Shown: positions 1 through 12,989, counted from the whole stretch's first letter. The stretch: 63,807 nt of DNA, filler included, from Sphacelaria rigidula (GCA_964200075.2; 9 parts of 9 records of this genome joined end to end with filler, not necessarily neighbours in it), one strand, 5' to 3'. The notes: generated from the sequence alone by a model not told the origin. Numbers and translations are program-made.

Positions 1-3000
1 GGGCTTGTGGGGGGGGGGGGGTGTACTCATGATCATGCATGCCACAGTCATAGGACCATTGACCTCGCGTCCTACAAAGCCGGGACGGAGCACACCGGGT
101 TTTCGCCGGACCAGGCTCCGCGGCGTGGGAGGGGGGGGGGAACCGGGTGGTCTCCTGTAAGAGGGGACGGGATTGGATTTTTGCCGAAATGGAAAAAAAA
201 AATCAAACGCATGACAAGGCAAACCATATATGGTTGATTGATCGGGCGTGTTCCGGACGATCCCCAACCCCCCCATCGCACTTTTGAATGTACTGTCTGA
301 GGGCGTTTTAGAGGCTGAGCTGTTCGGACGCGGATGTGATGCAAATGGTGAACGTTTGTCATATAAACGTGCGTCAAGTGCAGACGATGGGTGTAGTGTA
401 TTTTGAATGCAATATGCACAGGGAGGCGGATCGGGCGCATCTGGCTAGTTGAAGCCCTGCGGAATGGCAAGATTTGAACAGGCTAGGTGTGTGTGGGGGG
501 GGCGGGGAGGCAGTTCGTTGAGACACAGCAAGATGACTTAACCTCAATTCTTCATGTACAGCCTAGTTATGTTGAATCTACCTACGGTGCCACCCACACG
601 AAAGCGGCAATTTGAACCACCCGGTTCATCTTGACTGCATGTAAGGGTAAGGCAAGGCCGTGCCTTAAGCGTACAACGCGTGACCTGCTCGTGCAGTGTG
701 TATTCCAAGCTGGCCATAGTTGATTATCGCTTGTTTTGTCGGCCGGTTATTTGTTTCAATATATGGTTTTTTATGGTCAGGTACCCTTGTGGTCATGACA
801 ACGTCCGGTATGTCGTGGAGTGTCTTCCGTTTGTATTCGAGAAGTTTTGAAGTGAGCGGGGTTATGAAAAGATTGGTCGGCGTAGCATAAAATGGTTTGA
901 TCTATAGCAGTCGACGAATGATTGTGTGCGCATTGCGCTGCCAATCGAACGGAGTCATTTAAAAATGAGATGGCATGGTATGGAATTATTTGGTCCATTA
1001 CAGTCGGCGAGTGTGTGACACGTACATGTGTCACGTGGATGGAGTTTCGCATGCCAGGGATGACTAGCTCGTTTGTGTGGAAGTATATATATTTTTGTGT
1101 ATGTGACGGTATTGCTCCTCTTCCTTCCCGACGAGAACGTCGATGGGTTCAGACAATTCAGTCAGGGAGCCGAGAACAAGCAAGACGGACAGTTCGACGG
1201 ATGACCGTGGAATCCCTCTTCGAACTTGATTCTGCTGAAACGACGTAGAGCCTTGGCAAGTTGCTTCCTTTGCATCATGGTTGAAAACAAGGGCTGGTTT
1301 TTCGGTGCGAACCCCGGTAAGTGGATATTGAGAGGGACTGACAAGACAGTTCAAGGGGTGCGCCTACGTACTCAGCATGCGGGTGGTTGCTCCCAAGTCG
1401 ACGACTCTTTCGGCGCTCGCGATTTTGCTTTGGCAACGCACACGTTGGCGGGGACACCCTCTGCATCCCTTTCTTAGCTCGAGGGGCACTCAACCGGATG
1501 GATGCTTTGAGTTGGGATTCAGGTTGTAGGGTCCGGTGTAAGGCGTGGCAAAAACACGTGTGTGTATCGATCATGAATCTGACGGAAAAACTCGGGGGAA
1601 TCGGCCCTCATCGAATTTTGGACACGCACCCTTTGTTTCTAGACTGTATTTTCGTTGTTTTGACCAGTATCTTCTGAGCGCTTTGTATGGCACGGAGGGC
1701 TATAGGCATGCCGACCGGTGCCAAGGGGTAGAAAGAAGTGCAACGAAGATGCGGGGGAATAGATGAGTTGATCTTTTGAGACTCTGGACTCCTCCTGAGG
1801 AACGGGCAGGGAAGTGCGGGGGAGTGTGTGTGCGTATGGGGGGGTGAAGCGAATGAGAGTATGACCAAATGTGTATGAATCTTGACTTGTCACTCCTCTT
1901 GCTTGATACGTGTATTCAACTGAGATCAATAGTCTGAAGAAGTACAGGATAGTCATTACAACCAGGCGTTCCTATTATTGTTTGTTCTGTGTCGTGTGAA
2001 TGTTTTGCTGTTGCCTCGTTTTTATCCACCGCAATATTTGATGTGATTGTTGACGGTGTTGTTGTGATGACCTCTTGAATTTTCCAGTATTGTGTGTTCG
2101 GAACGCTAGAAGCTTGGGTTTTGGTCGCAGCGCTTGTTTGAGATGTTGAGTTCGCTGGTCTCGTGCGACACGGAGCGGCCCATTCAAAGGACATACGTGG
2201 ATCCTGCCCTCCGCATTCGTTTTTTGCGAACAATGCTGAGAAAGTAGTGACACAGACGTATCGGCATCGATAACGATGTGCGTGTGAGCGTGGGTGTGTT
2301 TGCAGCTCATTCACGCCACCGCATACAGAGTGTGAAGATTTCCGCAAAATGAACGAGCGTAAATGATTTTCAGTGCTTGGTTGTTTCTCATGACTGGCAC
2401 ACTCATCTGTTGAGTTGAGGATGGAAACATGTCTTTTTCCAAGCTGCGGGTACCGTGGTATGATATGTGAGGGAAAACCGTCGCGAACTCAAGTGCAGTT
2501 GCATTACTGCAGATGTAGAGATACGGGGTACAAAAAAACGATAGGTTTTTCTCCTCGAGTTTTCACGCGTTTTTCACTCCATACACGCGTAGGGTCAACA
2601 TTTCGAGTTCATTGTGGAACAGCAAAAGATAACTTTGTGCAGGGACATCTTGCTCGTGCGTTCATTAGCTCGTTCGTGAGAAAATCGTGTCGGTTTCAGT
2701 GTACTGCGGTCCTTCCGAAAATAAATGGGCTGGAGGCAGCTTGACGCATGGCGCACGTCCTGGCGCAGTGAAAGAGTGCCGATTCAACAGGTAGATACAA
2801 TATGTCGCCGCCATCCGCGAGAGCGCATTTGACTTCAAACACCCCCGTCGCAGTGAAGTGATGGTGATTCAGCAGTGAAAGATGGCGACTCTTCAGCAGA
2901 TGAAGGGGAGGGGGCTTGTGAAGGCAGGGTAAAGTTTATTCAAGCAGCGAACATGTGAACGTCTAAAATATTGCATTGAATTGTTACTTCTATCTTCCTC

Positions 3001-4499
3001 TCATCCACATGTCGCTACCATCCACAACAACGTTGTGAACCCGGTAATCCTCAGCTGATCCCAGAACGAAACTACCCATCAAGTACGGTAGAAAACTTCT
3101 CTCTCCTTTTCTTGAAACAGATGGGAGGCAAAACAAGACCAGTGTCGTCTATGATAGGTGCTTATACGACGTGCGCCATAATACGTACGTGCCTACGTAC
3201 GTATGCACACAGACCGTACGGCACAGTCAGTGCAACATCGTATATAAGGCCGTGTCGCACACACAAAATACAGGTGATGTAGTGCACCGTACTATCTGTA
3301 CCGTATAGGTAGTCAAGGGTATTATCAACGGATCTAGTTTTCATCTCAAGTGTTCGAATTGTTTCGGGAATTTTTCCCGAAAATTGTAAGAGCAGGTTTC
3401 TTAACCAGGTCAGGTAGTAGATTGATTTGAGGCCGGCTACAGATTTCTCCGAATATCTAGCGTGCTTTCTTTTAGTAATTTAGTGTTGTAGAGTTCGGGA
3501 AAAATGTCAATATTCTTTGAAAAAAAAAGTGAAAACTTGCCCCGTTGATAAGATCCCAAAGGAATGTCGCCGGTTTGCCCACGTAGCCTCCACCACGGTC
3601 TTGCATTGTCGTGCAACTTCCATCTATCTGTTATTATGTGGATATCCCAGATGGACGTTCATGTGGGATACATCACATCTTGAATGGACATCCACATGTA
3701 AATATATATATATATATATATACATATAAATTCATCTGGTTTATGGATGTCCATCTGGAACACACACATAAGTATATATATATATATATATATGTATCCA
3801 TCTGGAAATATTCCTCTGGGATTTATACATCCATCTGGGATGTGGAGATCTCAGAGGGATCTTCCAGATGGACACTCAGGATGGAAATCCCAGATAGATA
3901 TCCATATTCCAGACAGACAACCCAAATGGATCATATATCCCCGACGGATGTTGCACGATAACACAGGGCACCCGACTCCATCCCAATCCGTTCGTGTGTT
4001 TCCGCTCAGCCGTCGGAGTTCAGTGTGGCCATATCTTCAATCGTTATGCAAGTGCCTGCCATGGACAACACTAAGTTTATGTTGCAGTCCATATGTCTTT
4101 CAAAATGAGAAGGCCAAAGGGTAAGCCCTCAAACACGAAATCCTGGTATTAAGAACGACATTTTTCACCTTCGACGGGTACTACTTGCAATGGTATATAC
4201 AATTTCGACCTCGGTTCGTTCCCATGGGAAAATACCGTTCCCACTTTTCAGGATCAATTGTGAAGTCATCGTTTGAATCGGCATCATTTTCACTCGAAAC
4301 ATGAGCTGATTTCAGGTTCACAGTCGGTGAGCCTGCTTCACAGTCACCACAGAACAGGAGTGAAGAATACGGACAGATGAATGCACCACAAAAACTATGA
4401 TGGCGAAAATGATAAATATTCCGAAATATGTCCATACATATAAACACTCCGCCGACTTGAAACATTCACGAGGCATCCGCGGTACTCTCTCGCCCCCTT

Positions 4500-5499
4500 T
4501 CTGATGTCTGCACACAAGATATCGCTAAACTACCAACTGCAACGTGCAAACACTGTTATGCGCTGGACACTGAAACAAGTTGGCTTCAGTGTGTTAGGGA
4601 TAGACTTTGGCATGGACTATCCAGGCATCTATCTGATGTAGCAAGCAGTATGGGTCGCGGTAGAGAGCTTCCCACAGGATACGTCGACCGGCGGGCCGCC
4701 CGCCACTTGTGGCTTTGGATCGTATTTCCGCCCCTATGACCTTGCCACACAGCCCTTTACGGTCGGGGTGGGCCGCCATTTCCCTCTTTGTTGCATGCGG
4801 TAAATTCACTTCGAAGGGTATACCAGCTTTCGGCGCGCATACATACAGTATAGTAAAGTACAAGTACAGTGCAGCACGCCTCCCCGACTGCAGAAGAGGC
4901 TACCGTTGCATACTCCCTTGCACGTTCTGGGCAGTTTTCAGCCACCGAGATCAACTGCCTATATGCCACTTCTTCATCCCCGCCTACTATATACATGTTA
5001 ACTGTGCACTGCAAGTCATCGGCATAGGGATAACCGGAATTCATGACGGTAGCTCATTTTGTCTTTCCACGGCCCACCTGGGTTTAGTGCCTGGTAAAAA
5101 TGACCATATTGTAGCATTTACTCTCCTTCCCGTTTTTTTCCGGTCCACCCTGTGTCAGTATAAATTACTGCGTTTTAGTATAGAATTGGAACCCAAAAAA
5201 AGCACTCCGGAAAAACTCGGGAACGCTATACTAAGTGCAAGTAATACCATAAAACAAGCTGCGACCACCCTGCACTTAGAAACCTGGGGAGGCTTATCTG
5301 GGCTAGGGATATGGCCCCCCTCACGACCTTTGCAGTGGCATCACACCCGACAACAATCCCCGTGCTGGTCGTTCGGGTCTGGTCGATAAATTTCGCCTCG
5401 CCGTGATTGGGCAGGTCGCCCGAAGACTTATTTTTTTTATTATTCCACTAACACAGGGTCAACCCTGTGTTAGTGGTGTTCCGGTCCCGAAAGGGTTAA
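4500..5499 (-). mobile_element. Putative piggyBac-like element end with decayed coding remnants
   Basis: Minus strand begins TTAA|CCCTTTCGGGAC (5499-5484), a TTAA+CCC piggyBac-type end, followed by a 15-bp hairpin at 5445-5476. Downstream minus-strand ORF scraps only weakly resemble a transposase. Confidence 0.35.
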
Positions 5500-5559
5500 C
5501 ACCTGCTAGCGTCAGCCTACTGCAGCCACTTATGGGTGTACAGCAAAATATCCTTGACA

Positions 5560-5570
5560 GATTATGAGCC
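5560..5570 (+). promoter_or_regulatory. Candidate copia primer-binding site (tRNA-iMet half-molecule type)
   Basis: ...TGACA|GATTATGAGCC resembles the GGTTATGRGCCC PBS. It directly follows a CA dinucleotide and lies upstream of a copia gag. Confidence 0.5.
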
Positions 5571-5919
5571 TCGTTTCAGCGCGGTGCTAGTGCGGGGTAT
5601 ATCGGGGAACGACGTCTTCGAGCATCCAGCACAAGCGAGCTTCGAAGATTTACGTAGAGAATTTTATAGGCTGTGAGAAATGTTGAGTCAACCCGTCTGG
5701 GATTGGATACTGGTCTGATCTGCTGGGATCCAAGATACTGCACAACAAGTGGTACGAACAACCTGCCTGGCGCATCGTATTCGGGGGCATTCCATCTAGG
5801 TCTTGATCATTTGTCGAGGAATAGAGTCTTGCATCTGCATTTTCTGCGCGGTGGTCATTACAATCGTCGAGGCGCTAGAATTTGTAGCATATCGTCGGAT
5901 ATTGCCCATTTTAGCCTGT

Positions 5920-6315
5920 ACGCAAGGACGTACAGCAACGAGATCCGGACAGCACCTAACATTGTGCCTAGGATCTTGCTCGTTTAGCAGAGTTTGCTTC
6001 GGGCAGAGAGACGACTGCAGTGTAGCTAGCTGCAGCCGTGAGCGCCTACACGCACGACGTGTAGCAACGAAATCTGGACAGCACCACATTTGCGCGTCGA
6101 GCATTTTGACAATCTCGGGGCGTTGGAATCGTGCTTAGGATTCGGTCTCTAGCAGCGTTTGCTCAGACCTAGACACGACTGCACCAGCTAGAGTCGCTAG
6201 GGTACAGCCGTTCGAAGCCTGCACGCACGACGTGTAGCAACAAGATCCGGACAGCACCACATTTGCGCGTCGAGCACTAATGGCCTTGGGGCGTTGAAAT
6301 CGTGCCTAGAATCTG
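5920..6315 (+). repeat. Degenerate tandem repeats in the copia 5' leader
   Basis: CGACGTGTAGCAAC..GATCCGGACAGCACCACATTTGCGCGTCGAGCA recurs at ~6050 and ~6223, with a partial copy at ~5925. Confidence 0.8.
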
Positions 6316-6359
6316 GCATGATAATTCGAGAGTTCTGCAGTTGAAACAGCTGCGACATC

Positions 6360-6850
6360 ATGGAACAAGCATTCAATGTACAAACAGCTCTGAAGTCAAT
6401 CCCCAAGTTCGACAGGACGAGAACAATGTTCCGCGAATGGCGATCAAAGGTTCGGGTAGTAATCAACTACTCAAACAAGTTCCTCTTCGATATTTTGGAG
6501 GGGGAGGAATGCCTTGAGCCAGCAGAAGGGCAGCTGCTTGGCGAAACTGCAGGAGCGCGTCCACCGCTCGCGCAAGTCATTGAAAAATTGGAGCGCGGTA
6601 ATCAAGACTAATTTTCCATCTTGTACCTCGTCACCACCGGGTCAGCGAACATCCTCGTGCGACAGTACGAGGGCCTGAGGCAGGGGAAGGGACTCGGCGA
6701 TGGGATTGCGAGCTGGAAAGCCCTTGCGGGCAAATATGGCAGCTACACAAAAGAGACGCGACAAGCATGCTACGACGAGCTATGCAATACAAGGATGCAG
6801 CATGGACAGGATCAGGAGGACTTCTTTTACAAGATGGACGACCTTCGGGC
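6360..6850 (+). pseudogene. gag: Ty1/copia gag fragment (UBN2/Retrotran_gag_2-like), in-frame stop at 6609-6611
   Basis: IPKFDRTRTMFREWRSK...FSILYLVTTGSANILVRQY...DGIASWKALAGKY...TRMQHGQDQEDFFYKMDDLR matches the copia capsid pattern. Confidence 0.8.
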
Positions 6851-6929
6851 CCCGCCAATCGATCATACTTACGCTCCAGGATCTGCCTGGATACGAAGGA
6901 AATAGATATGAAGATTGGATCATGACGTG

Positions 6930-7002
6930 CAAACAGCCAATCATCTATATTGAGGATGGTGCTATTGATTGAGGATGAGAACCCGGAGGATTAAAATCTT
7001 CG
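6930..7002 (+). repeat. Arm of a high-copy TIR element, cut by the contig end
   Basis: Near-identical to 21135-21205 and similar to the left arm at 22243-22335. Confidence 0.85.
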
Positions 7003-7102
7003 NNNNNNNNNNNNNNNNNNNNNNNNNNNNNNNNNNNNNNNNNNNNTTAATTAATTAANNNNNNNNNNNNNNNNNNNNNNNNNNNNNNNNNNNNNNNNNN
7101 NN
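7003..7102. other. Artificial contig spacer
   Basis: 44 N + TTAATTAATTAA (six-frame stop linker) + 44 N. Confidence 0.98.
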
Positions 7103-7111
7103 CCCCCCCTC

Positions 7112-7232
7112 CGTGCTCCGTCTCGAAAGGGATGCGTGGTCAATGGTCAAATGACTAAGGCAAGCAACGAATGAGTACGCCCCCCCCTCCGTCTCGAAAG
7201 GGATGCGTGGTCAATGGTCAAACGACCAAGGC
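7112..7232 (+). repeat. Tandem copies of a LINE 3' tail between C-runs
   Basis: GTGCTCCGTCTCGAAAGGGATGCGTGGTCAATGGTCAAATGACTAAGGCAAGCAAC matches the 3' ends of the LINEs at 7500-9150, 15049-16180 and 21560-21965. Confidence 0.8.
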
Positions 7233-7499
7233 ACGGGCAATTTGACAATACCCAATTTGCATCTTGACCAGGAGTCAACCAATTCATCATGCTCGCGAAG
7301 TACCATCAGCGGGGCCGGCCAAAACCCAGAGACTTGCCAATAGGTACTGCTCAAATATTTGCGTTGGTCTCCGGCATTCTGAAACGTTATTCGCATGGAA
7401 CTCTCGGATGCATTCCAGACTCGGATTGTCCATTTTTGCCAACTCAATTTTCATTTTCCACCCAGGAAGGGACTTGGGTCGCTGTTGTGTCGGCGGGAA

Positions 7500-9150
7500 A
7501 GGGGGGAAGGGGTGGGCTCTCATTTGTTGCTTGCCTTCGTCATTTGACTGTTGACCACGTATCCCCTTCGAGGCGGAGCACCGTTTCTACTTCCAATAGA
7601 CATGCTCCAACATTTGGGCGCTCATTGCGTCTTCTTCATGTCTCACGCAAGATCATTTTACATACATTATCCCTGTTTCGCCGTCTGTGGCCACCATCTA
7701 TCGCCTATTATAGCAATCATTCTCTCGCCGTCTGATATACCCAACGACTTCATGCTACATTAGGTAAGTTCCTCAATCCCCTCAAACACGTCCCGTTCCT
7801 TATTGTTAGTTCATGTTATGCCACAGTGTGAGTTCTACCCCCCACTTGTTTCGCCACAGGGACAATTCTGTGCGATCACCTCCTCCTCCAGTCGACTACC
7901 GGTATATATCTTCCTTCTTTTTGGAGGGTTCAGATCCCCGACCCGGAATCGCACCCTCAACCTTTTCGCGTGGACCATCGGGCCATGTAGATTTGTTTTC
8001 ATCGCTATTACTCCTCTTGACCCCCCGTATATCTATCTTCAGGTGCTCTTTCTCAGCCACTTTCCGTCTCAGAGTTTGTTTTGCCCTTACTGTTATCAGG
8101 TCTCTTACTTTTGTCTTGTGCCCTCCACATTCATCTATGAACATGATCTTGTCTTGGTGTTCTTGTACATCTTCCCATATTTTTTCGAGTGCCTCATCTC
8201 ATCTTAATCCAACCTGCCCTTTCGATCCTGTTCTCCATACGGCCCCGACAACTATGGCTGGCAACCTCTTTCCTCGCATGCTCCTTACGTTATGCTGTAG
8301 TTTCAACGTTCTCGGTACTCTATTTGTTGCGCGTGTGAACATCCCCAATTCTGATGTTGATACTGTATTACCCGTCGTTGTTGGGCATCCAATATTTTCT
8401 GAGCTGCTGCCATCTGTATTGTTCCCGGCTGGTTCACCAACTTTGCGTTCCCCTTCATTCCCCTGGACATCCTAGCTGCGTAGCTTCTCCTGCCTGTCCG
8501 GTATCCCGTGTATCCGTACCCACATACGATTCATCTCGTCATCTAATTCTCCAGTTGTTTCATCAACTACATATTTCTTCATCCCCTTTCTTGTATTTTC
8601 AATCATCTCGGTCACCTTTTCTTGCTCAGTGTACCTCTCCCACCCTACCGCAGTTTCACTCTGTGTACATTTTGCGCGGAGCGCTCTCCTTACTCTTTTA
8701 GCCTTCTCTATTTCTTCACTCCACCACTTCAATACTCGTTTGCATATTATCACGTTCTTTCCCATGACCTTCCTTGCTGCGGTCTTGACCAATTGCTCCC
8801 ATCTGTTCATGATCTTCGTTCCTGCCCGATCCTTTTTACATCGGTATTGGCTGTACCTACGCTATCCAAGAACTCGGAAAAATTTGATAAATTTTTGGTC
8901 CTCTTTTCTTGAGACCCATGCTGTTTCACTCCTACTTCTACTTCTACTTCTAGTTTGTCGATTCCCTCCCCAATTAGCTTCCCAACCCACTTATTTTTCT
9001 CATATCTCCCGTCTGTTGACTGCCTATCCACACTCGGCTGTGATCAATACTTCCTACGTCCGCTGCGCAAACATGTACTTCTATTTCCTCATTATTCCCA
9101 CAGTCTACCCCCATCCACACGCTCCCCTATTCTTGCCTCCTGTCCCTTCT
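7500..9150 (-). mobile_element. Degenerate APE-type LINE ORF2 fragment, RT core not evident
   Basis: Minus strand shows the endonuclease end (VGSIDHSRVW, ~9030-9060), the EN-RT linker (WEQLVKTAARKVMG...KWWSEEIEKAKRVRR), a C-terminal region and the shared 3' tail at ~7520-7620. Confidence 0.75.
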
Positions 9151-9629
9151 TCTATTCCCTTATCCATGCGCACTCTCTCATCCTACCCCCCCCCCGTCTC
9201 ATTCCGCGACTATGTATATACACACATATATATATATTATATAAATGTATAGGTCGCGGTTATTTGTTCGGCTATTTCTAGTATTTTGCTACCGTCCGTA
9301 GCGAATCCGCAAACGTTCCACGACCATATTCTAGCTTTCTTTTTCGAACCACTATCCACCTTGATTTTCGTCTTTGGTTCCCTCTCGATCCATTTTAGTC
9401 TTATTTTCTCCTGCACGACTCTTCTCTTTATTTCCAGTTCGGCCCCAAGTCTGTTTGCTTTCGGGCGCTAATTCACCGTCACGTTCCCTTCAGTATATTT
9501 ACGTGTTCCTACTTTCCCTCACCCCGGTATATCCAGGGGCTACGTTTGAGGTTCGCCATTTCCTCAGCTTTTCAAACCCTTTATTTTTCTCTCAAATATG
9601 CCGACGGCGAAGGCGGGGGAAGCGCGTAC

Positions 9630-9758
9630 CCAATTGTTGTTTTCCCCAGTCACTTGACCATTGACCACGCATCCCTCTCCAGACGGAGCATCGTTCCTAC
9701 TCTCGATAGAAACATCTCCAACGTTTGAGCGGTATGTTCCCATGCATAACACAAGAGC

Positions 9759-9798
<40 letters not shown>

Positions 9799-9830
9799 TA
9801 TCCCGTTCCTGTTTCGCCGTGAGTGGCCAT
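9630..9830 (-). mobile_element. LINE 3' end fragment interrupted by (TA)n
   Basis: Reverse complement of the shared LINE tail, with a (TA)n run at ~9762-9796. Confidence 0.7.
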
Positions 9831-12800
9831 AATATATCTCCAAGTTCAGCGTTTTGTTTTCCCGCTGTAGCCTACTGGACCAAACGATTGCAGGTCACTT
9901 TTGTTCTGTTCCCACATTTTTTCGGCGAAAATGTGGATGGGAGGGGAGGGGAGGGGAGCGTGGGCGTGTGCGTCGCGAATTTCACATCAAACTCACGGGG
10001 CCTGACTCGAAAAATGAAGCCGTGCGTGGCCATCTCCTGCGACTATAATGTGCATCAAGAGCATCCGAGGTCAAGACATGAAGATACCATACAAAGTTTC
10101 AGGGTCTCGGCTATAAAAAGGCTGCAATGACGATGAATCACGAAATGATACCTTCACCGCCTCCTTCTCGCCTCCGGAATGACGGGCTCCGAGTGTTAGA
10201 GAAAACTCGTAGAACTAATTTTGAGGCATCTTCGTAAGATTCGACACAAAAACGTGGTACGAAAAGACCGCGGACACGGCGACGCGAGTTTCGACAGATC
10301 AACTCGGCTGGCTTTGGAGCTAGATGACTGGGCGTAAGCATCTCAACTAAGTAGCATTCTACAACAATACGCTCAGCTTGTCCTGACTCAGTGCAATTTG
10401 AAAGATATGACCACACGGCACAGTCCGGTTTTCTTGGCTGCTCCCGCAACTGCCAAGCCCACGCGAATTCAAGTGATCCTGGTCCCACCGCTACGCAGAC
10501 CATCAACTGTGGGACTCACGGTATCCAGGCGGTGATGAGGCCACGGTAGTCATCGTGTATTAATTCCGCGTGATTCCCTCACCTTCACACCTCGCCGCAG
10601 ATATGAGCAAAGCGCGTTACTCCGCACACCGCCTGGGCCGACCACCTCATGGCTCTCCGTACATCCAAATTCCTTGCAATGTTAGTTTGTATCATGCTGT
10701 CCACAACTTCCCGTCGGTGAAGGTCGTGAAGCTCGTCTGTTGTGGAATCAGCAGATTGCAGATCTACAAGAGAAGAGACCCGTAGTCATGAGCGCAACCC
10801 CGTCTCCTTTTCCTCCAGCGTATATTCACGTGTCGTCGCATTCTTGAAGCACCTGCTCGAAAAAAATGGATGCACAGTAGGAGTAGTAGCGGCTTCAGAC
10901 ATACGCTTTCCCTCGCCAATTGGATCTTACACCGTAATTGACGAAAAACGCTAACGATTAACCTTGTACAAGCAAAAGCTTGTGCGAGAGCTTCATTGCC
11001 CTCGAACCGGTTATGGTGAATCTGAATGCTTGCGAATCAGCCAATAAACACAAGTAGCCATGATCAGGGCAACGACGACGAATTGCTGCAGATACGCTGG
11101 CAAGTCATTCGTAACAATTTCAGGGACACCACAGTAGACGCCTCAAGCTTGGAACACCACCCTTGAATGTACTGCGAAATCTAAATTTTATTTGCGCACT
11201 ATGATAGATCGATTCAAATTTGCTCTTCCATCGGCAGAGTAAAGTCAAAACTGTCAAATACATGTTCGGCCCGTATCTGTCCACCCGGCTGTACTCTGCC
11301 CGCGTAGTCATCAAAGGTCGTTAGCGCATTTCCGCTGCTTTAGGGGGTAAAGGGTGCGTATACGCACAACTGCAAGGTCGGGCAGGAAGGAATGGTCTTT
11401 TCAGCCTCTCGCTCGACCTCTGCCCCCATGTCAATCACGCGCGCCTCTGGCGCTTCTTCATTCACGTCTACTTTCGGAAAGTGGTTCAGTGCACTCACCG
11501 TGAGAGGGTAATGGACGCAGGGGTACTGTCGCTATCTCACAAGGGAGGAGACCCAATTGGCTCACTTCAATTAAAAAATTGCTTTGACCCATGATTTGGG
11601 TCCTACCCTTCGTTGCCACACCGATGCGGAAGGAGCCATCAGATGTGCAGTGAAGGTTCATGGGTCATCACCCAATTTCGTCGTTGAGAATATCGAAGGG
11701 ATCTCGCTCGGAAACTCGGAGCTATCCTCAGAAGTTTCACCACGTGAAGAGTACATCATCCACACCTTCGACACCACCGTAAAACGTGACCGAACGCATA
11801 TACCACTAGGTGAACGAATATGGCCACAGTTTGGTGCAGTTAATACCCAGAATCCCATGTACGCGTGGAATGCACGACAAAAGAGATACTTCAGCGCTGA
11901 AAAAAACGCATTCAACATTCTCGCCTCTGTAGTTCGTTCAGCAATATTATCACAGCAAGAGGCTCACGGGGACCTAAGAAAGCTAGCGCGATGATGTGTT
12001 GCTGGCGGACTCTGCGTGTGCTGTAGTTGTAGGAATAGGATAGCTTCCACGAAGCTGCTGACGCTAGGCATGAGTTACGGAAAGCATCAACTATGCGCGG
12101 GGAATTTTAGAGGATAGTCCTGGAAAACTTCAGTATAAGGCATCATTCCTCATTCAGGGGGATCACGCACTGTACCTGGGAATGGGTCAATCTGTCCCTG
12201 ATGCAGTCGTTGAACAGGCCGTGAAAACTGTGGTTTCTCCAATAGACGGCGTCGACAACGCTCCGCCACAGCATCTCCAATCCTGACTTTCAAATGCAGT
12301 GCAACATATTTCACTCCTTCGCATGCATCCAGGACAAAAAGATTGCAACGTGATGAATCAACGTTGGTGTCAGATGCAGAAATCCCTAATGTTGCATCCA
12401 CACATACAGTCAATTGACCAATGTAATGAGGTTGTTGTGCTGTTATAGCAAAAGGGACAGCTTACAGTCAGAACACAGGCTCACAAGGCAAGTGGACAGT
12501 AGTCAGTCTGGCACAGCTCAACACAGCTCAGCACAATATGTCAGGATAGATTCTCACGCGATGGTTCTCCTCTTCTTCTCGATTATCTTGTCTCTAGCTT
12601 TCAGTATCCAATCAATCAATCCAACCCAAACCAGCCAATACGTCTCACCGATGCTTTAGACTTCTTCGGCTGAAAGGGGGTAGAGGAGGAGTAGTGAGAT
12701 GGTGAGCGCCGGATGTGGGTATTTGTCACATCTGGCTGTCACCATCTCTACTACATACAAGCTCATATTTGTACCCGGCCAACTCTGAACAGACCTGCAG

Positions 12801-12989
12801 CCTTGAATACCGGAACACCAGAAAGCAAATAGCAAGACTCGACAACGGGTCTGAAGGGGCATGACAACAGGCTAATATGCGTCTTTTTGACACTAACCCA
12901 CCCAGACGAACCTTTATTACAGCTGCGAGGATTTACCCTCAAAGCAGCGAAAAATAAGTTTTTTTCTTTACTCGTACAGTCATGTGCGG

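Noticed and set aside
4709-5389. 226-aa plus-strand ORF as a gene
   Set aside because: No recognisable motif; probably a chance frame over decayed TE sequence.
5920-6315. CRISPR-like repeat-spacer array
   Set aside because: Units are long and degenerate, the intervening sequence is also related, there are no cas genes, and it lies in a copia leader.
7047-7058. TTAATTAATTAA recurring every ~7.1 kb as a biological periodic repeat
   Set aside because: Always centred in N runs; it is an artificial linker.
7813-9252. Long plus-strand ORFs (220 and 207 aa)
   Set aside because: Antisense shadows of the purine-rich minus-strand LINE.
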